IMG/VR virus record: IMGVR_UViG_3300048793_000013
Span: 1 to 57,892 of that record
Length of the DNA stretch: 57,892 nucleotides
Reading direction: 5' to 3' (one strand)
From: a virus
Taxonomy: Duplodnaviria > Caudoviricetes
Of the stretch, positions 55,440-57,892 are shown piece by piece. Within the stretch, counting starts at the first letter, position 1. The number at the start of each line of letters is the position of its first letter. A program made the position numbers and the translations under genes. The notes beneath the pieces are model-generated. The model had not been told where the DNA came from. It ran no database searches and was given only the letters and a program-made list of their open reading frames with translations.

Positions 55440-57892
55440 TTATGCTCCATTGCACTGCCAATTAAGCTTGTGTGAAGTACCCGATCCGGCCGTCACGTTA
55501 ATAGCCGTTGTCGTGATATTGTAGGTCAAAGCCGATCCGTTCTGGTCAGTGATCGTGCAGTAAGGTGCTGCCGCAAAAGAATTTGCAAAGGTAATGGTGC
55601 AAGTGGCTGTGCCACCAGTTCCGGTAGTGACTTGACCTCCGATATCACTTCCAGTCGCCGCGCTGGGAGACGTACCGCAAGCGGAAATGGCGGGAACGGC
55701 AGACGACGGTCCGACATTCTGCACATGCCCATAGCCATCAACTGTAAAGACTGTGGTACGAGTTGTCGTGCCATTTTTGGTGGTCGCGATGCTAATACTT
55801 GTTCCTTGGGCTGTATCGCTCCAGTTTTCCGTCGCGCCATAGATCAAGTTAGCTTTTCCGGCCGCAGCAAAAGCGGTGGCACCATAGCCACGAGCGGCTA
55901 CAGCCATAAGCACATCGCCACTTTGGCTCGCTGTTGGTGACGCTGCCGTGCCTCGCGCTGTTCTTCCAACAAAGGTTGTACCTGTACCTATCCCATACGA
56001 ATCCATCGTAAACAGGGTACCCGTAGCATCTGCCGCAACCGCATAAACCATGGTTCCAGTTGGAGGAGTTGTTGCGATAGGATTGCCATTGCCAAAGAGA
56101 GTTATGCCGGGACTCTTGAAAGCGTCTCCGGTGATCGTATAACTGGAGAGGTCGATTCCATTGGCGACGGTGTATGCTCCGATGGTCTTGATCAGTGTCC
56201 CGGTTGTTTTGACCGGCGAGGCATTGATTCCATTAGCGTCAGTGAAAACAATGCCGTTTGCCAGCTTTGCCGAGCCGGCGACGGCATACATTGCGAGATA
56301 GGCTTCCTCAGTCGCCCCGACCGCATGAGTGCCTTTTGTTGTTATCGCTTGCCCGTAAAGCAGTCGCGCCGAGGAACCCGTTTGAAGTTCAATATCTAAT
56401 TCTTGGCCGACACAGCCCAAGAGATTTGTTGCTCCGCTAACAAGGCTGCATTGGCTAGACGATCCGAAAATCCCGCCTTGCGCGCCGGCTCCGGTATTGG
56501 TGCCGCCATCGCCTGACGACGCTGTGCCGGTGAATTGCGTCGCGGTATAATTGCGATTGGCATTCGCCGCATTGGTGGGGGCAGTCAGATTGATATAGCT
56601 TTGCGTCGTTATCCGGCCGCCCTGCACGGTCGAGCCGCCAAATGCTTGTGAAATATTCAACAGGATTCCAAAGTTTCCGCCCGTGATTGCCATTACATCC
56701 GGGTTGGCCGTGATGCTGTTGAGGGAGACTGCGGCTGCGCTCGATCCAGATGGAGATTGACTGATGGTGAGTCCCTGATCGAGAGATGTTGCTGTTGGAT
56801 TGATGACGACCGCACCTGTGGTTCCGCCAGTGAACGTCTGCGCTGCCGTAAATGTCTGCACCAAATTTAACTCAGCTATCGTGCCGGTGTTGGCTGGTAG
56901 TGATGCGGTAACCGAGCCGAGGGCACCAGTGACGGTCTCCAATGTCACAGTGCCAGAGGTGGCATTTCCGAACGCCAGAGAGCCCAGCGTTCCTGACGCA
57001 CCAAGGGTAGGGGTGGCTGTAAAGGCCGGTCCAGCCCCGGCTAGGACTTGACCAGCCGCGCCTGTGATTGAGACGGCTCCCCCGGCCGATATTGCAACTG
57101 GCGCTGTCCCGCTAAGCGCGCCGCCGCTTGTCGTAGTAGCGCATGTTGCACAAGTGACATTCCCAGTGGCCGTTGTGATGCCGAGCGGCGCCGAGGCTGT
57201 GACAGCCGGTGTTCCTGACGATGTGCCAGCCGTCCATGTCGGCGTAGCAGCGACTGCCTGTGTAGCGATCGTTAGAGCCCCACTAGTCGCACCATCTAGG
57301 ATGACTAACCCAGCCGTGGTGTTTGCCGTCCCGAGCGTTAGCGCCCCAGCCGATATGTTGGCATTCGAGTTGCCTGACACCGTAGAACTACTGGCGGCGT
57401 AATAGGTCAACTGCCCGGCGGTACCGGAGCTAACCGTACCACCACCAGCAGCGTTCGCCCATGATGAATTACCGCTGCCGTCAGTAGTAAGCACCTGACC
57501 GTTACTGCCGCCGCTTGCAGGGAGCTTCAGCGTCCATGTTCCAGCAATATCATTGACGGAGAACGTGACCAATCCACTTGTGGTGCCGGCAAACTTGACT
57601 TGGCCGGTTGTTCCCGATGCACCAAGTGTGGGAGTGGCGGTAAATGCTGGAGTTACCCCGCCGAGGACTTGTCCTGCAACCCCCGTAACGGTGATATTGC
57701 CTGTGGCGGTCGTTATGGCCAATGGGGCAGAAGCCGTGACAACCGGAGTTCCGTTAGATGTACCGGCGGTCCACGTCGTATTCGATGCGGTGTTTTGCGG
57801 GGTGATGGTGACTCCACCTCCGCCCTGGCTCGCCAAAATCAATTGTCCGATTGTGGTACTGGCCGTGCCGAGGGTAAGAGCCCCAGCCGAGA
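55440..57892 (-). CDS. tail fibre protein (5' end outside the window)
   Basis: G/T/A/S-rich, GQVLTTDGSGN.SW motif, internal repeats; frame open to the window edge. Confidence 0.8.
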   Translation of the reverse strand, partial: SAGALTLGTASTTIGQLILASQGGGGVTITPQNTASNTTWTAGTSNGTPVVTASAPLAITTATGNITVTGVAGQVLGGVTPAFTATPTLGASGTTGQVKFAGTTSGLVTFSVNDIAGTWTLKLPASGGSNGQVLTTDGSGNSSWANAAGGGTVSSGTAGQLTYYAASSSTVSGNSNANISAGALTLGTANTTAGLVILDGATSGALTIATQAVAATPTWTAGTSSGTPAVTASAPLGITTATGNVTCATCATTTSGGALSGTAPVAISAGGAVSITGAAGQVLAGAGPAFTATPTLGASGTLGSLAFGNATSGTVTLETVTGALGSVTASLPANTGTIAELNLVQTFTAAQTFTGGTTGAVVINPTATSLDQGLTISQSPSGSSAAAVSLNSITANPDVMAITGGNFGILLNISQAFGGSTVQGGRITTQSYINLTAPTNAANANRNYTATQFTGTASSGDGGTNTGAGAQGGIFGSSSQCSLVSGATNLLGCVGQELDIELQTGSSARLLYGQAITTKGTHAVGATEEAYLAMYAVAGSAKLANGIVFTDANGINASPVKTTGTLIKTIGAYTVANGIDLSSYTITGDAFKSPGITLFGNGNPIATTPPTGTMVYAVAADATGTLFTMDSYGIGTGTTFVGRTARGTAASPTASQSGDVLMAVAARGYGATAFAAAGKANLIYGATENWSDTAQGTSISIATTKNGTTTRTTVFTVDGYGHVQNVGPSSAVPAISACGTSPSAATGSDIGGQVTTGTGGTATCTITFANSFAAAPYCTITDQNGSALTYNITTTAINVTAGSGTSHKLNWQCNGA

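Overview
The window is a ~58 kb portion of a tailed dsDNA phage of Alphaproteobacteria, most likely Rhizobiales. The host call rests on a GcrA homologue, a CtrA-type box and an Omp25/RopB-like gene. The structural genes look podovirus-like; capsid, terminase, integrase and a CI repressor are not in the window. Layout: (1) 1-6.5 kb leftward early/middle genes (HAD phosphatase, SSB, DUF2303, RusA, GcrA, DnaA-C HTH, Cro-like); (2) 6.6-19.3 kb rightward genes (two ParB-like, ERF, NinB-like, a J-domain/kinase-like + vWA + divergent adenylosuccinate synthetase trio, DUF968, a TnpB bracketed by 36-bp inverted repeats, envelope morons); (3) 19.3-23.3 kb accessory island with a second divergent HTH switch, a repeated gene-junction motif and an orphan tRNA-Pro(GGG) attP-like core; (4) 23.4-27.7 kb lysis module; (5) 28.5-57.9 kb leftward virion genes, including a 3958-aa DarB-like polyvalent protein, ejection proteins, tail proteins and three free-standing endonuclease genes. 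Most notable: three small SD-preceded ORFs overprinted in the +1 frame of the giant protein's inter-domain linkers (one TnpV-like), the inverted-repeat-flanked TnpB, and the AdSS-like operon with a remodelled substrate loop. All family calls come from motif recognition by eye; no searches were run.
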